This document shows positions 1-11,154 of a stretch of 64,000 nucleotides of DNA, in pieces (the first letter of the stretch is position 1; each line of letters opens with the position of its first letter). The notes under the pieces are model-generated. The model ran no database searches, was not told the DNA's origin, and saw only the letters and a program-made list of their open reading frames with translations. Source of the stretch: Macrostomum lignano (Eukaryota); the NCBI GenBank assembly GCA_002269645.1, contig NIVC01002522.1:101109-165108 (forward strand). The letters are read 5' to 3'. Made by a program: the position numbers and the translations under genes.

Positions 1-652
1 ATATGAAGTTGAATAGAGAGGCTGCATATATTCGAGTTCGTGAATGATATATGATGCAGGTCGCTAGTCTGTCACTGAGTCCTCGCGCTAGAATATTGGA
101 GCTGAGTTTGTCTAGTTCAAGATGACTCCCCCCAGCAGCCTCGGAGCCTCATCTATTCAGTTTATGGTAGTTCTTGAAATTTATTGCCATTCAGGCCTGC
201 ATTTGATTATGGAAGTTTTTTCTGTCTCTCCGCCTGAGTCACTGACTAGCCCCGGTCCGCTCCAGCAAAACAGATACATTACAGCTCTGCTGCCTGCTTG
301 CCTCCTCGGCCTCTTAAATCTTATTTCCCCGCGTAGACAAAAATTTGGTTCATTAATTTAGATATATAGATTCGTGCTTTCTTGTTGAAGAGGAGCGAAG
401 ACCGCCGACAATCCCGCATGCACGGGCGGGCGCTGGCTGCTTGGAGGATTGCAAATACGTTTTTACTCGAATCAAATTGTAGCTAATACCGGAGAGAGAA
501 ACTGTTTTAAACTTTTTTTATTTGACAGAATTGGTTCCGCGACAGTTTATGCTGGAAGCATCTTAAACTTAACAAAGAATCATCTTTATTCACTTGTGCC
601 CGCCCGCACCTGCATTTCTGCTCTACAGCAGGCATCCGCCCGACTCATCAGG

Positions 653-1908
653 ATGTCGTCGCCTACGCCGCAGGGGCAGCAGCAGCAGAAGCGCTCAGCC
701 AGCGCCGAGCTGCCCTCCGCCTTCAGACCGCCACCAACAGCCTCCGCCACCGCCGCCGCCAGCTCTGTACCGCCGAAGAAGCGGGCCAGAAACCATCAGG
801 ACGGGGAGCCGGAGCCCGGAGCCGCGTCTCCTCTGGACCTGTCTACACCTGCCAGTTTAAGCCGGAATGCTGCTGCTAACGCTGCGGAACCGGATGTCGA
901 TACCAGCGACGACCCGGAAGCTGTTCGTCACGGTGTGTCTTCGTCTGCCGCAGCTGCAGCGGCGGCCTACATGGCCCGCTGCGCTGAGACATTCCGGACG
1001 ATGAACTCCACAGCATCGGCTGAGGAGCCCGCAGTCACATCAGCTGCCGACTGCTGGACGGCCATGAACCAGTGGCAGGCCTCTTTGCAGGCTCAGTACC
1101 TGTACTATTCGTCTCTGGCCCTCTCCGGCCTGGTGCCACCGCTGCCGCCGCAGCCGCCACCGGCACCGCAGCAGCTCCAATCGACCGCCGCTGGCCCCAA
1201 GCTGCACCACGCCGCAGGCATCTTGTCGCCAGGCTTCAGCAGCCTCTTCTCGTCGCTGCAGATTCCTCCGCCACCGCCGCCACCACCAACGTCGTTTCCA
1301 GCGACGGTGCCACAGGCTTCGAGTCTGGCTGCATCGGCTTTGGCGCAGTCTCAGCGCTCAATTCAAGAGGATTCGCCGAGTCCGTCCAGGCGGCAGCAGC
1401 TGACGCCTCAGCCGAACCCGTCATCGTCATCAGCCTTGACACAGCAGCAGCAGCAGCGCCGCATAAAGGCGACCAGAGCAACACCTGCCGCGAGCATCCC
1501 AGCGCCCGTGATTGCCGCAGCAGCCGCCGCCGCTGCCGCCGCTGCCCCGCCGGGCAGTTCCAAGGCGTCGCCGCCGTCGTCAGTTTTCCCAACTACTGAG
1601 CGGCAGTCGAGCGGCGAGACCGACTTTCAGTGCTCCTGCGGCCGGGCTTTTGCCAGCCTCATCAGCCTGACGCTGCACCTGAAGGAGACTGGCCACGGAC
1701 CGGGAGTCGCCTGCGGCCGCGACCGCGACATCCCCAAGCTGGTGCGCGGCCAGGACATGTGGATCAACTCCGAGACGGAGCAGACCAGAGAGATTCTGCG
1801 CTGCATCCGCTGCAAGCAGAGCTTCCGCACCCTGCCGGAGCTCACAATGCACATGATGAAGACTCGGCACTATACGGAGATCATCTACACGGATTCGGCG
1901 CCGTCCCA

Positions 1909-1939
<31 letters not shown>

Positions 1940-3169
1940 CAACAGCAAGCAGGCACTGGGTCTTCTGCAGCGGCTCGATTTCCTTCGGTGGGTAAGGACG
2001 AGCGCCAAGCAGCAGCGGCTGCAGCTGCCGGTAAGGAGCGAGCAGGACAGCAGCAGAGCCGCGGTAGCCGCGCGGAGGTGAAAGAGGCAGACTCCGCCAC
2101 CGATCCCCAGCAGCAGCAGCGAGCGGGCGGCGCTACCAGCACCCTGCAAAAGATGCAGCACTTTGTGGAAGCCAGTCTGCCTAGGCCGGGTCTCCGGCGG
2201 CCGGGCATGTTTCAAGAGGTGCTACAGAGCTCCGTGTTCGACGGCAACGAGCGAAGCGGTGGCACCGGCGCCGGGGCCAGCGGCGGAGACTCTGACAACG
2301 ACGACGAGCGCCGGGAAGGTGACAGCGGCGGTCTCGGCGCGGCGGGCAGGGACAGCGTGAGCTATCTGAGCCCGGACAGGCCGACCGAGCAGAAGGAGAA
2401 CCCGCTGTCCTCGCTGCAGAAGCTGGTGGACACCGCCGAGAAGCCGTCGGCCGGGTCCGCTGCCGCATCTGCCACATCGGTCGCATCCGCCGCCGCTGCT
2501 CCTGCGATGTCTCCGTCGTTGACGCCACCAGCTTCGGAGATGACATCATCAACAGCCAGACCGGAAAGTCCGGCAGTCTCAGCCGCCGCATCGGCCGTCA
2601 GCAGCAGGCATACGGTGATCATGCTGAGCCCAACGTACATCTACCAGAGCGGCCTGTACCCATCGGGATTCCCCGTTTGCCACCCGTCGGCGCTGGACCT
2701 GTCCAAGCTGCAGCAGCGCTCTGATGAAACTTCGCCGCTGAAAAAGTCTACCGCGGCATCTACTGCTGCCGCTGCCGTCTCCTTGGCGCCTGTCGCGTCG
2801 TCGGGTTCGACAACGGCCGCGTCGCTGCCAGCAACCAGCGGTGCGGAGCCGGCGGCTGCCGACAAGCCGACGAGCGCTTGGCCGGACTCGCTGATGCAGA
2901 AAAAGGCCAAGTGCCACTACTGCAGCAAGCCGTTCGCCAACAAAGGTCAGGTGCGCCTGCACGTCAGCAAGGGCAAGTGCCCCAGCCTGCTGGCCCGCCT
3001 GCCCACCGCCGCGCTGCCGCCGTTCCCCTTCTTCCCGGCGCTGGACTACATCAAAGCGGCAGGTCGCTTCCATGCCGCCGCCGCTGCCGCCGCCGCGGCC
3101 GCCTCCGTGGCATCAGCGACAGCACCTTCGGGCGGCTCAACAGCTGCAGGCAAGGAGTTGCAGGCCTGA
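653..3169 (+). CDS. tsh: Teashirt/tiptop-family C2H2 zinc-finger transcription factor, single coding exon, about 838 aa
   Basis: ATG at 653 follows a polypyrimidine-AG at 627-628. Teashirt signature IPKLVRGQDMW...TREILRCIRCKQSFRTLPELTMHMMKTRHY; finger FQCSCGRAF...HLKETGH; C-terminal finger CHYCSKPF...HVSKGKC; CtBP-binding PLDLS motif; NPLSSLQKL motif; poly-Q/A/P tracts. Confidence 0.92.
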
Positions 3170-3324
3170 ACTGTGGTTGGACACTCAGCATACCGAGCTC
3201 GTTGAGAACTGTGCGGCTTTTGTATTGAATTTTAATCAGTTCCGAACAACTCAAAACAAATCTGAGAGGGTCGTTCAAACCACAATCAGGATTGCTCAAA
3301 CTTTGTGCTTCGATTCATTGGGAG

Positions 3325-3500
3325 GGGGGGGGGCTATCTCGTCCTCCGACTCTCGCGTCATACCCCCTAGTATCCGGGTTCGAGTCCGTGAGCGGGCAAT
3401 TTAATTTGGGCTTCCAGGCACATAAATTGACTTAGAAGGTGTCTGCGGAGTGTGTGTGTACATGCCTGGTGATGAAAAGTCAAGGCCGCTGTACACCTGC
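3325..3500 (+). mobile_element. Degenerate SINE-like fragment related to the SINE at 50508
   Basis: B-box GGTTCGAGTCC near 3377, then TTAATTTGGG and GTGTACATGCCT...AGGCCGCTGTACAC, in the same order as in the 50508 element. Confidence 0.5.
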
Positions 3501-3717
3501 TCTGAGCTCAGGGGGACAGTCAGGGCCGCTGTATACACCTGCTCTGAGCTCAGGGGACAGTCAGGGCCGCTGTATACACCTGCTCTGAGCTCCGGGGACA
3601 GTCAGGGCCGCTGTATACACCTGCTCTGAGCTCAGGGGACAGTCAGGGCCGCTGTATACACCTGCTCTGAGCTCAGGGGACAGTCAGGGCCGCTGTACAC
3701 ACCTGCTCTGAGCTCAG
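3481..3717. repeat. 41-bp minisatellite, about 6 copies
   Basis: Unit CAGGGCCGCTGTATACACCTGCTCTGAGCTCAGGGGACAGT recurs at 3521, 3562, 3603, 3644, 3685 and contains the palindrome CTGAGCTCAG. Confidence 0.95.
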
Positions 3718-4513
3718 GTGGACGTGACTGTTAACTACTTTTCTGCGGGTCAACTTTCTAGATTGGTTAGTGGTGGCGTGAACGGCCTAGTTACCGCTTT
3801 AATACCATAGCAACGTCAATTCGAAAAGAGCTCTTGCTGATCTTGTACTGCAGCGATTCCAGTTGAAAAAAAAGTTAAAATGGCGCCCCAGCTTGTCTCC
3901 TGATGGGATTCAGTTCAAGTATTTTGCATAGCGCGCTCTCTTATCGTAGGAAAACAGATTACACATTAAGAAGTATTGTTTTGTAATTATTTTCACTCAA
4001 CCCGTACCGCCAATGCTTTTTGTGCACCGCATCGCCTGCTTACCGCTACTACTCATGCCCGTCTGCTGCGTTCTAACAAATTTTAAAAAAATCAGATCAA
4101 ATTGCCGATCGTTGCTCTGGTATACTATATTGCATATTATAGTTTCGAATATTATTTATTGTACAACGTTAAAAAACTTTGCTAAACCTCAGCGTATAAT
4201 GCCTTGTTAACACTGTAAACTAACTTCAACGTTCTGGTCACCATAATTGTCCAGATTGCACAAGGCAATCAGTTTTAGGCGAATCTGTCCATGGCTTTTT
4301 TCTAGCGTCTACCATGGTTAAACTATGCACAATAAATTGAATAAGCTTTTAATCGGATTTCAGTCAGTTGCTTTATAATTATCATATTTGTTTTCAATTT
4401 AAATTTGAAGCAACAATAAAGATGTCAAGTTCTAGTACGTATTTGTATTCGTATGTCCTTGCTTATTTTGGAACTATAGAAACTAATAATTATGATATGA
4501 CATTGATAAAAAT

Positions 4514-5422
4514 ATGATGCTGTTATTGGTGAGCATCTGATACAACACATGATCCTGCTATTGGTGAGCACCTGACACAGCACATGATCCTGCTATTGGT
4601 GAGCACCTGACACAGCACATGATCCTGCTATTGGTGAGCACCTGACACAGCACATGATCCTGCTATTGGTGAGCACCTGAACACAACACATGATCCTGCT
4701 ATTGGTGAGCATCTGACACAACACATGATCCTGCTATTGGTGAGCATCTGACACAGCACATGATCCTGCTATTGGTGAGCACCTGACACAGCACATGATC
4801 CTGCTATTGGTGAGCACCTGACACAGCACATGATCCTGCTATTGGTGAGCACCTGAACACAACACATGATCCTGCTATTGGTGAGCACCTGACACAGCAC
4901 ATGATCCTGCTATTGGTGAGCACCTGACACAGCACATGATCCTGCTATTGGTGAGAACCTGACACAACACATGATCCTGCTATTGGTGAGCACCTGACAC
5001 AGCACATGATCCTGCTATTGGTGAGCACCTGAACACAACACATGATCCTGCTATTGGTGAGCATCTGACACAGCACATGATCCTGCTATTGGTGAGCATC
5101 TGACACAGCACATGATCCTGCTATTGGTGAGCACCTGACACAGCACATGATCCTGCTATTGGTGAGCACCTGACACAGCACATGATCCTGCTATTGGTGA
5201 GCACCTGAACACAACACATGATCCTGCTATTGGTGAGCACCTGACACAGCACATGATCCTGCTATTGGTGAGCACCTGACACAGCACATGATCCTGCTAT
5301 TGGTGAGAACCTGACACAACACATGATCCTGCTATTGGTGAGCACCTGACACAGCACATGATCCTGCTATTGGTGAGAACCTGACACAACACATGATCCT
5401 GCTATTGGTGAGCACCTGACAC
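4514..5422. repeat. 35-bp minisatellite, about 26 copies
   Basis: Unit ATGATCCTGCTATTGGTGAGCACCTGACACAGCAC; period 35 (4549 to 4584). Confidence 0.97.
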
Positions 5423-6550
5423 CTACATGTACATGTCAGCTGTACTATTGGTATCCTCTCTGACACCTAACACAGGCATTAGCTACAAATCAATCAAGGC
5501 TATAAACTTTGATAGCAGGTAATTAGGGTCTAAAGCTTGAGACCTGTCAGCCTGGCTTGCTCAGACTCGCACAGACAACTCTAGCCGTGAGATACTCAGA
5601 GTCGAACCCACTTGAAACAAGCAAATGTTTTGCTAATGCTGAATGCTTTGGAGCTGTTTGCTTGATTAATCAGCCGCTGCCATGACTCCAACCAGCTGCA
5701 CGCCGAGAATTTGTCTTGAGTTATTTCACAGAAAGCTCCCTTCAGTCTCCAGCCAGGCGCACTTGCGGCTCTGATGGATGGCTGCGTAATGGCTTCGGCG
5801 TGCGCCGGAGACCACCTAAGGATCAATTATTGCTGGGGATTTCACTGAGCCCCCCTGATGGAGCGCCTGGGAGATGCTGGGCAGGGTGGCGGGGCGGGGG
5901 GAGAGGAGAGATTTATGGGACAATTATTCGGTTTGAAAATCCATCTGATAAATTATCGCCCCCACCCCGCGAGAGCCTGCGGGCCTTTCCGACAGTTTCC
6001 TGGAATACTGGAGCGGCCTGGAAGGCCAAAGAGGCCGCCAGCTGTGTGCGTTGGCTTTTGGCTGCTCAAATTTATGTTTGAGAGCGGAGCCCCGGAGAGT
6101 CGGTTCTCAGGGACCAGCAGCATTGCGCATTGATTTATCAGCATCTGGGAGGCTGCAGGAGGAGCGCGCTGCGCTGGCAGGCCGCTGTGAACTGCGCTAT
6201 AAATCTTCAAATTGTGCTTGCTACACTGCGATGGCTGGCTGGGGGGGAGTTGACAAGGCGCGCTCTGGAGGGAGGTGGGGCGCCGGCCTGATACGGCCGG
6301 CAGCATCGGGGCAAGCAGCCCGTTGAGACCGGCCGCCGGGAGCAACAACTGAGGAAAACTGCTGGGAAACCATCCCGAGTGACTATTGGTTTTCAAACTT
6401 CTAATTTAAACTGTCGAACTTATATTTCGTCAAGGGGCACTGCCAACCTGCAGTTAGTAATGCTATATTGATTTTGTATTAAAGCGTGTATTAGATCATT
6501 ATTCACGGTAATAAAGAAAGGTTGCTCGCTTAATACATAATTTGGAACAT

Positions 6551-6970
6551 ATTGGGACCGTAATTGGCACCATAGACTTACAATAGACACCATAAACTTA
6601 CAATAGGGATCATAGATTTACAATTGGGACCATAGACTTACTATTGGGACCATAGACTTACTATTGGGGCCATAGACTTACAATTGGGGCCATAGACTTA
6701 CTATTGGGGCCATAGACTTACTATTGGGGCCATAGACTTACAATTGGGGCCATAGACTTACTATTGGGGCCATAGACTTACTATTGGGGCCATAGTAGAC
6801 TTACTATTGGGACCATAGACTTACTATTGGGGCCATAGACTTACTATTGGGGCCATAGACTTACTATTGGGGCCATAGACTTACTATTGGGGCCATAGTA
6901 GACTTAATATTGGGGCCATAGACTTAATATTGGGGCCATAGACTTACTATTGGGGCCATAGACTTACAAT
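6551..6970. repeat. 20-bp minisatellite, about 21 copies
   Basis: Unit CATAGACTTACTATTGGGGC. Confidence 0.97.
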
Positions 6971-8105
6971 ACGTCAAGTTCGTCATCAGAAACTCATGGT
7001 CACCCGTCTAGGAGAGGTCAAGACCCCTGTGACCCCTCTTGGATGCACCACTGGTTGGAAACTATTGTAACAGGACTGACAGGCAGAACAGAGGGAGGGC
7101 AACAGGCGGCATTGTTGTGAACATTGAGCGGCAGACCATCATCGTCCACTGTATTCCCCCAAGGCCTACTTCCTTTTTGATCTGGCCCGCTGGGGCACTT
7201 GCCAGTTGGAGAAGAATTTATATATTGTTCGCCGCTTCCCTTCATCTCTTTGAGCTTCGCTCATCCTTCCATCTCCCGGCCCGGCGCGCGGCTTCATCAA
7301 TCAGCGGAATCGGCCCCATCGTTTAACTTGTCAACCTCGCCAGCCTCTCTGGGCCTTGGACGCCTGGTGGCTCTTTTATCGCCGCGGGCTCTCATAGAGC
7401 TTTGCCTATCCGATAGAAGAGGAGAGATGGCTGCCGGGGCCAACGCGCGTGGATCAGTTAATCCTGGGAGCGCTGCCCTCCCCTGAAGCCGATTGATTTA
7501 GGGCCCACCTCCCCATGCGCCGTTTGCGTCTCCCTCTGTCTGTTGTTAGCCGGCGGTACTGATAGGGGGGGAGAGATATGGGAAGCGGTGCTGCCGGCCA
7601 AGGCTGCCGGGGGTGGGTCTTTATTTTCAAGTGATCTATGGCTTCCTCCGATTCGGTCGGCTATAAGGGGGGGGGCGGCGGACGGACACCGCAAACAGAA
7701 TGCGTGTGTGTCGCCACATGTCTGATTTATGGTCACCCGGCACCCCAATCTCCGATCCACGCCAGCTGACCGGGGTCCCGACCGACTCCCATCGGAGCAT
7801 CAGGAGCTACTCGACCGACTAAAAGCAGTTTTAGATGCAAAGTTTTTTAAAACCTATTCGAGCTACAAGGTATTAGCCCGTGTAGCTCCTGGGTAAAGCT
7901 GTAATATCGTAAATCCGGAATTCGATAACAATTTTCTGTCATTTATTGTAGCCTTATGCATTGCTTTGAGAACTTCCGATACTGCTATTCGATTTCTTGC
8001 GCTAATTTACCCCTTTTTGTGCAGATATGAGCGTGGCATCAACAATACAAACCCACTACTTGCCAAGATCCTACTTCCAGTAGCGACTGAAGCTACTGTA
8101 ATGAA

Positions 8106-8842
8106 ACTGACTGACTGACTGACTGACTGACTGACTGACTGACTGACTGACTGACTGACTGACTGACTGACTGACTGACTGACTGACTGACTGACTGACT
8201 GACTGACTGACTGACTGACTGACTGACTGACTGACTGACTGACTGACTGACTGACTGACTGACTGACTGACTGACTGACTGACTGACTGACTGACTGACT
8301 GACTGACTGACTGACTGACTGACTGACTGACTGACTGACTGACTGACTGACTGACTGACTGACTGACTGACTGACTGACTGACTGACTGACTGACTGACT
8401 GACTGACTGACTGACTGACTGACTGACTGACTGACTGACTGACTGACTGACTGACTGACTGACTGACTGACTGACTGACTGACTGACTGACTGACTGACT
8501 GACTGACTGACTGACTGACTGACTGACTGACTGACTGACTGACTGACTGACTGACTGACTGACTGACTGACTGACTGACTGACTGACTGACTGACTGACT
8601 GACTGACTGACTGACTGACTGACTGACTGACTGACTGACTGACTGACTGACTGACTGACTGACTGACTGACTGACTGACTGACTGACTGACTGACTGACT
8701 GACTGACTGACTGACTGACTGACTGACTGACTGACTGACTGACTGACTGACTGACTGACTGACTGACTGACTGACTGACTGACTGACTGACTGACTGACT
8801 GACTGACTGACTGACTGACTGACTGACTGACTGACTGACTGA
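8106..8842. repeat. Perfect (GACT)n microsatellite, about 737 bp
   Basis: Uninterrupted tetramer run; explains the SQSV ORFs. Confidence 0.99.
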
Positions 8843-9567
8843 GTCCAAGGCCAGTGGCGGCCAGTTCAAAGGAGCGCATAAATGCTTAGCTCTCAGTTCT
8901 TGCGCATCAGAAATTCAGAAGCTGTGAGTTGCTTTTGCAACAAAAAGTTTAATCGAATTAATGCGAAGGTCGCCAAGGAGACGCGGCCACTGCCAATAGG
9001 CGGTCTTGGAGCGACCCGCGTGGGAAATTCCCAAGCTGAGGCCAGCTGATTTGCAGAATATTATTATTGCTCAAAATCTGATTGTGACAAAAAGCAATCA
9101 AGTGAGGAGCTCTGCTTCTCAAAGAACAATCGCTTATTGCGGACGTCTTGGTTGGCATGGCAACGCAGCGGGCCATGATTGAAGCTTTGATTGACAGGCC
9201 AGCTGGCAGCGGCTCAACTGCTGGGCAAACAAGCAGCCGGGCTTGGGCTTAATCACGCTCAAAAACACGGCGTGCATGGATCGATGGAGAGTGGAATTCG
9301 GAGCCGAATCGGAGGAATCAATTACACACCCAGGAGAAAATTTCCACCTGCTTTCTGAATTATTCCTGACTAAAGCATCCAGAGACGGATTGGGGAGCCA
9401 CTGGCGCCAACCCGTTTGGGATTAGAGTATAAGGCCTGAGACCTTTTCGAGTCGTCCAATCAGCCTCCATTGCTACTGGCTTGCCAGACAGAAGAAGCAG
9501 TACAAAAATACGTCAGCACAGAAGGTTTCGAGAGCCTGAGAATACTGAGAAGCAGCAGCTAATCGAC

Positions 9568-11154
9568 ATGCCGGAACTGACGGGCGCGAACTCTGCCGGC
9601 GGACGGGCCGTCCAGCCAGCGAATGTCATCAGCCAAAGCCGCAGGCAGGCCTGGTACAACTTCGTTGAAACCACCACCGCGCACGGATTCAGCAAGTTCA
9701 ATAGCGGCTCCACCCGACGCAAGACCTTCTGGCTGATTGTGCTCATCCTGGCCAACGTCGGTTTCATCGTCCATCTCAGCTTCCTGGTGATGCGCTTTTC
9801 CGATGTGCCCGTCACCTCGTCGAGAAACGAAGCCCCTGAAGATTTCAAGTTTCCCGACGTGACCTTCTGCCCTAGCAGTCCCGTCAGCGATGTCAAGATG
9901 AGAAACATCTACGTGCCTGACCTCGGCAACCGCAGCCTCAGCGAGGTGGCCAGCCTCCTGGAGCCGGTGTGGCAGCAAATCACCTTGAACGCTACCGACT
10001 ACATGGACTACCCGCTGCTGACTCTGCATGCTCGCCTGATCAGGGAGTCGGCGATCTACCTGCCTCCCGAGATGGTCATGATGTGCCAGTTCTTTGGCTA
10101 CCCGTGCGACCTGCGCAACTTCACCGGCTACGTGGATCCGCGCCGTCTCGGCTGCGCCACCTTCAGCGCCCCTGACAGCCTGCAGCGCGAGTCGCCGGGC
10201 AGCCTGGTCCGCGGCCTCGGTGTAGTCGGCATCTCCCGGACAGACGACTCCACTCTGTCGGCGCGCTACCAATCGCGCAAGATGGCCCTGTTCCAGGGCA
10301 TGACGGTCACAGTGCACGAGCGTGGCACCATGCCAAGCTTTGTGGAGAATACATTTAACAGCCACAATTCCGAGTACTTCGTCATGCGCATGTCTACCGG
10401 AGTTTACCAGGCGATGCAGACGCCGAGCAATCCCTGCCAGAAGGAGCGAGGCAGCATCACGGTGGTGACACCGGGGACGCAGGCCACTGCCACTTATCTG
10501 GAAACAGAGAACGACTGCGAGGAAGCCTGCCTGCAGGACAGCATCCAGGCTGACTGCAACTGTACGAGCGAGCTGCTTCTGATCACCGCCGCCCAGGCAG
10601 CCCGCAACCTGCCCGGCTGCCATAGGGAGGCTGAGCGCTTCATCAATGCCACGCCGAGCGAAGCAGAACTGGCCGGCATGCGGCAGAGGTGGCGCTGCCA
10701 CCGGCGCTGGCTGCTGGCCAGCCGCACCAGCCGGCTGCCCTGCCAGTGCACGGCCTACTGCGACCGGGCTCTCATCGAGGGCAGCGTCAGCAGCTACGAC
10801 TTCGCCGACGAAACCACCGGACGGGACTTTGCGCTGCTCACCTTCAACCAGAACCTAGCCCCGGCCTACCAGGCGGCTAGGTCGGCGGCGAACTTCAGCT
10901 CGCTGGTGAACATCAACGACGTGGTGTTTTACTACGACCCGCTGGTAGAGAACCCGCCGCTAGCCCAGACTGTTACGCAGTTCGAGATCCTGCCCGAGGT
11001 GTCCAAGTCAATGAAGGTCACGGAGTCCAAGACCTACAGTGTTGACGCGTTGTGCTCCGACTTTGGCTCCATAATGGGTCTCTGGCTAGGCATGTCAGTG
11101 CTGACTGTGTGCGAGTTCCTGGAGATGGCCCTGCGTCTGGTCGCCGCTATCTAA
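9568..11154 (+). CDS. DEG/ENaC-family sodium channel subunit, intronless, about 528 aa
   Basis: ATG at 9568. Pre-TM1 TTAHG motif, TM1, FPDVTFC motif, Cys-rich thumb (CEEACLQ...CNC...CQCTAYC), TM2 LCSDFGSIMGLWLGMSVLTVCEFLE with GxS filter. TATA-like TATAAG near 9428. Confidence 0.93.
   Translation: MPELTGANSAGGRAVQPANVISQSRRQAWYNFVETTTAHGFSKFNSGSTRRKTFWLIVLILANVGFIVHLSFLVMRFSDVPVTSSRNEAPEDFKFPDVTFCPSSPVSDVKMRNIYVPDLGNRSLSEVASLLEPVWQQITLNATDYMDYPLLTLHARLIRESAIYLPPEMVMMCQFFGYPCDLRNFTGYVDPRRLGCATFSAPDSLQRESPGSLVRGLGVVGISRTDDSTLSARYQSRKMALFQGMTVTVHERGTMPSFVENTFNSHNSEYFVMRMSTGVYQAMQTPSNPCQKERGSITVVTPGTQATATYLETENDCEEACLQDSIQADCNCTSELLLITAAQAARNLPGCHREAERFINATPSEAELAGMRQRWRCHRRWLLASRTSRLPCQCTAYCDRALIEGSVSSYDFADETTGRDFALLTFNQNLAPAYQAARSAANFSSLVNINDVVFYYDPLVENPPLAQTVTQFEILPEVSKSMKVTESKTYSVDALCSDFGSIMGLWLGMSVLTVCEFLEMALRLVAAI

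Noticed and set aside
449-652. TTG-initiated N-terminal extension of teashirt (likewise 9481 for ENaC and 58902 for GluR)
   Set aside because: These extensions are compositionally unlike the exons and, for teashirt and GluR, lie upstream of splice acceptors; downstream ATGs fit better.
1072-3073. Many alternative-frame and antisense ORFs over tsh (also over ENaC, Gypsy, CFAP69 and GluR)
   Set aside because: Expected shadows of GC-rich, codon-biased exons; no independent motifs.
4514-5422. Regular 35-bp repeats as a CRISPR array (also considered for the 41-, 30- and 53-bp arrays)
   Set aside because: Units are head-to-tail with no unique spacers, there are no cas genes, and the context is a spliced eukaryotic genome.
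8007-8879. Long SQSV ORFs
   Set aside because: Translation of the (GACT)n microsatellite.
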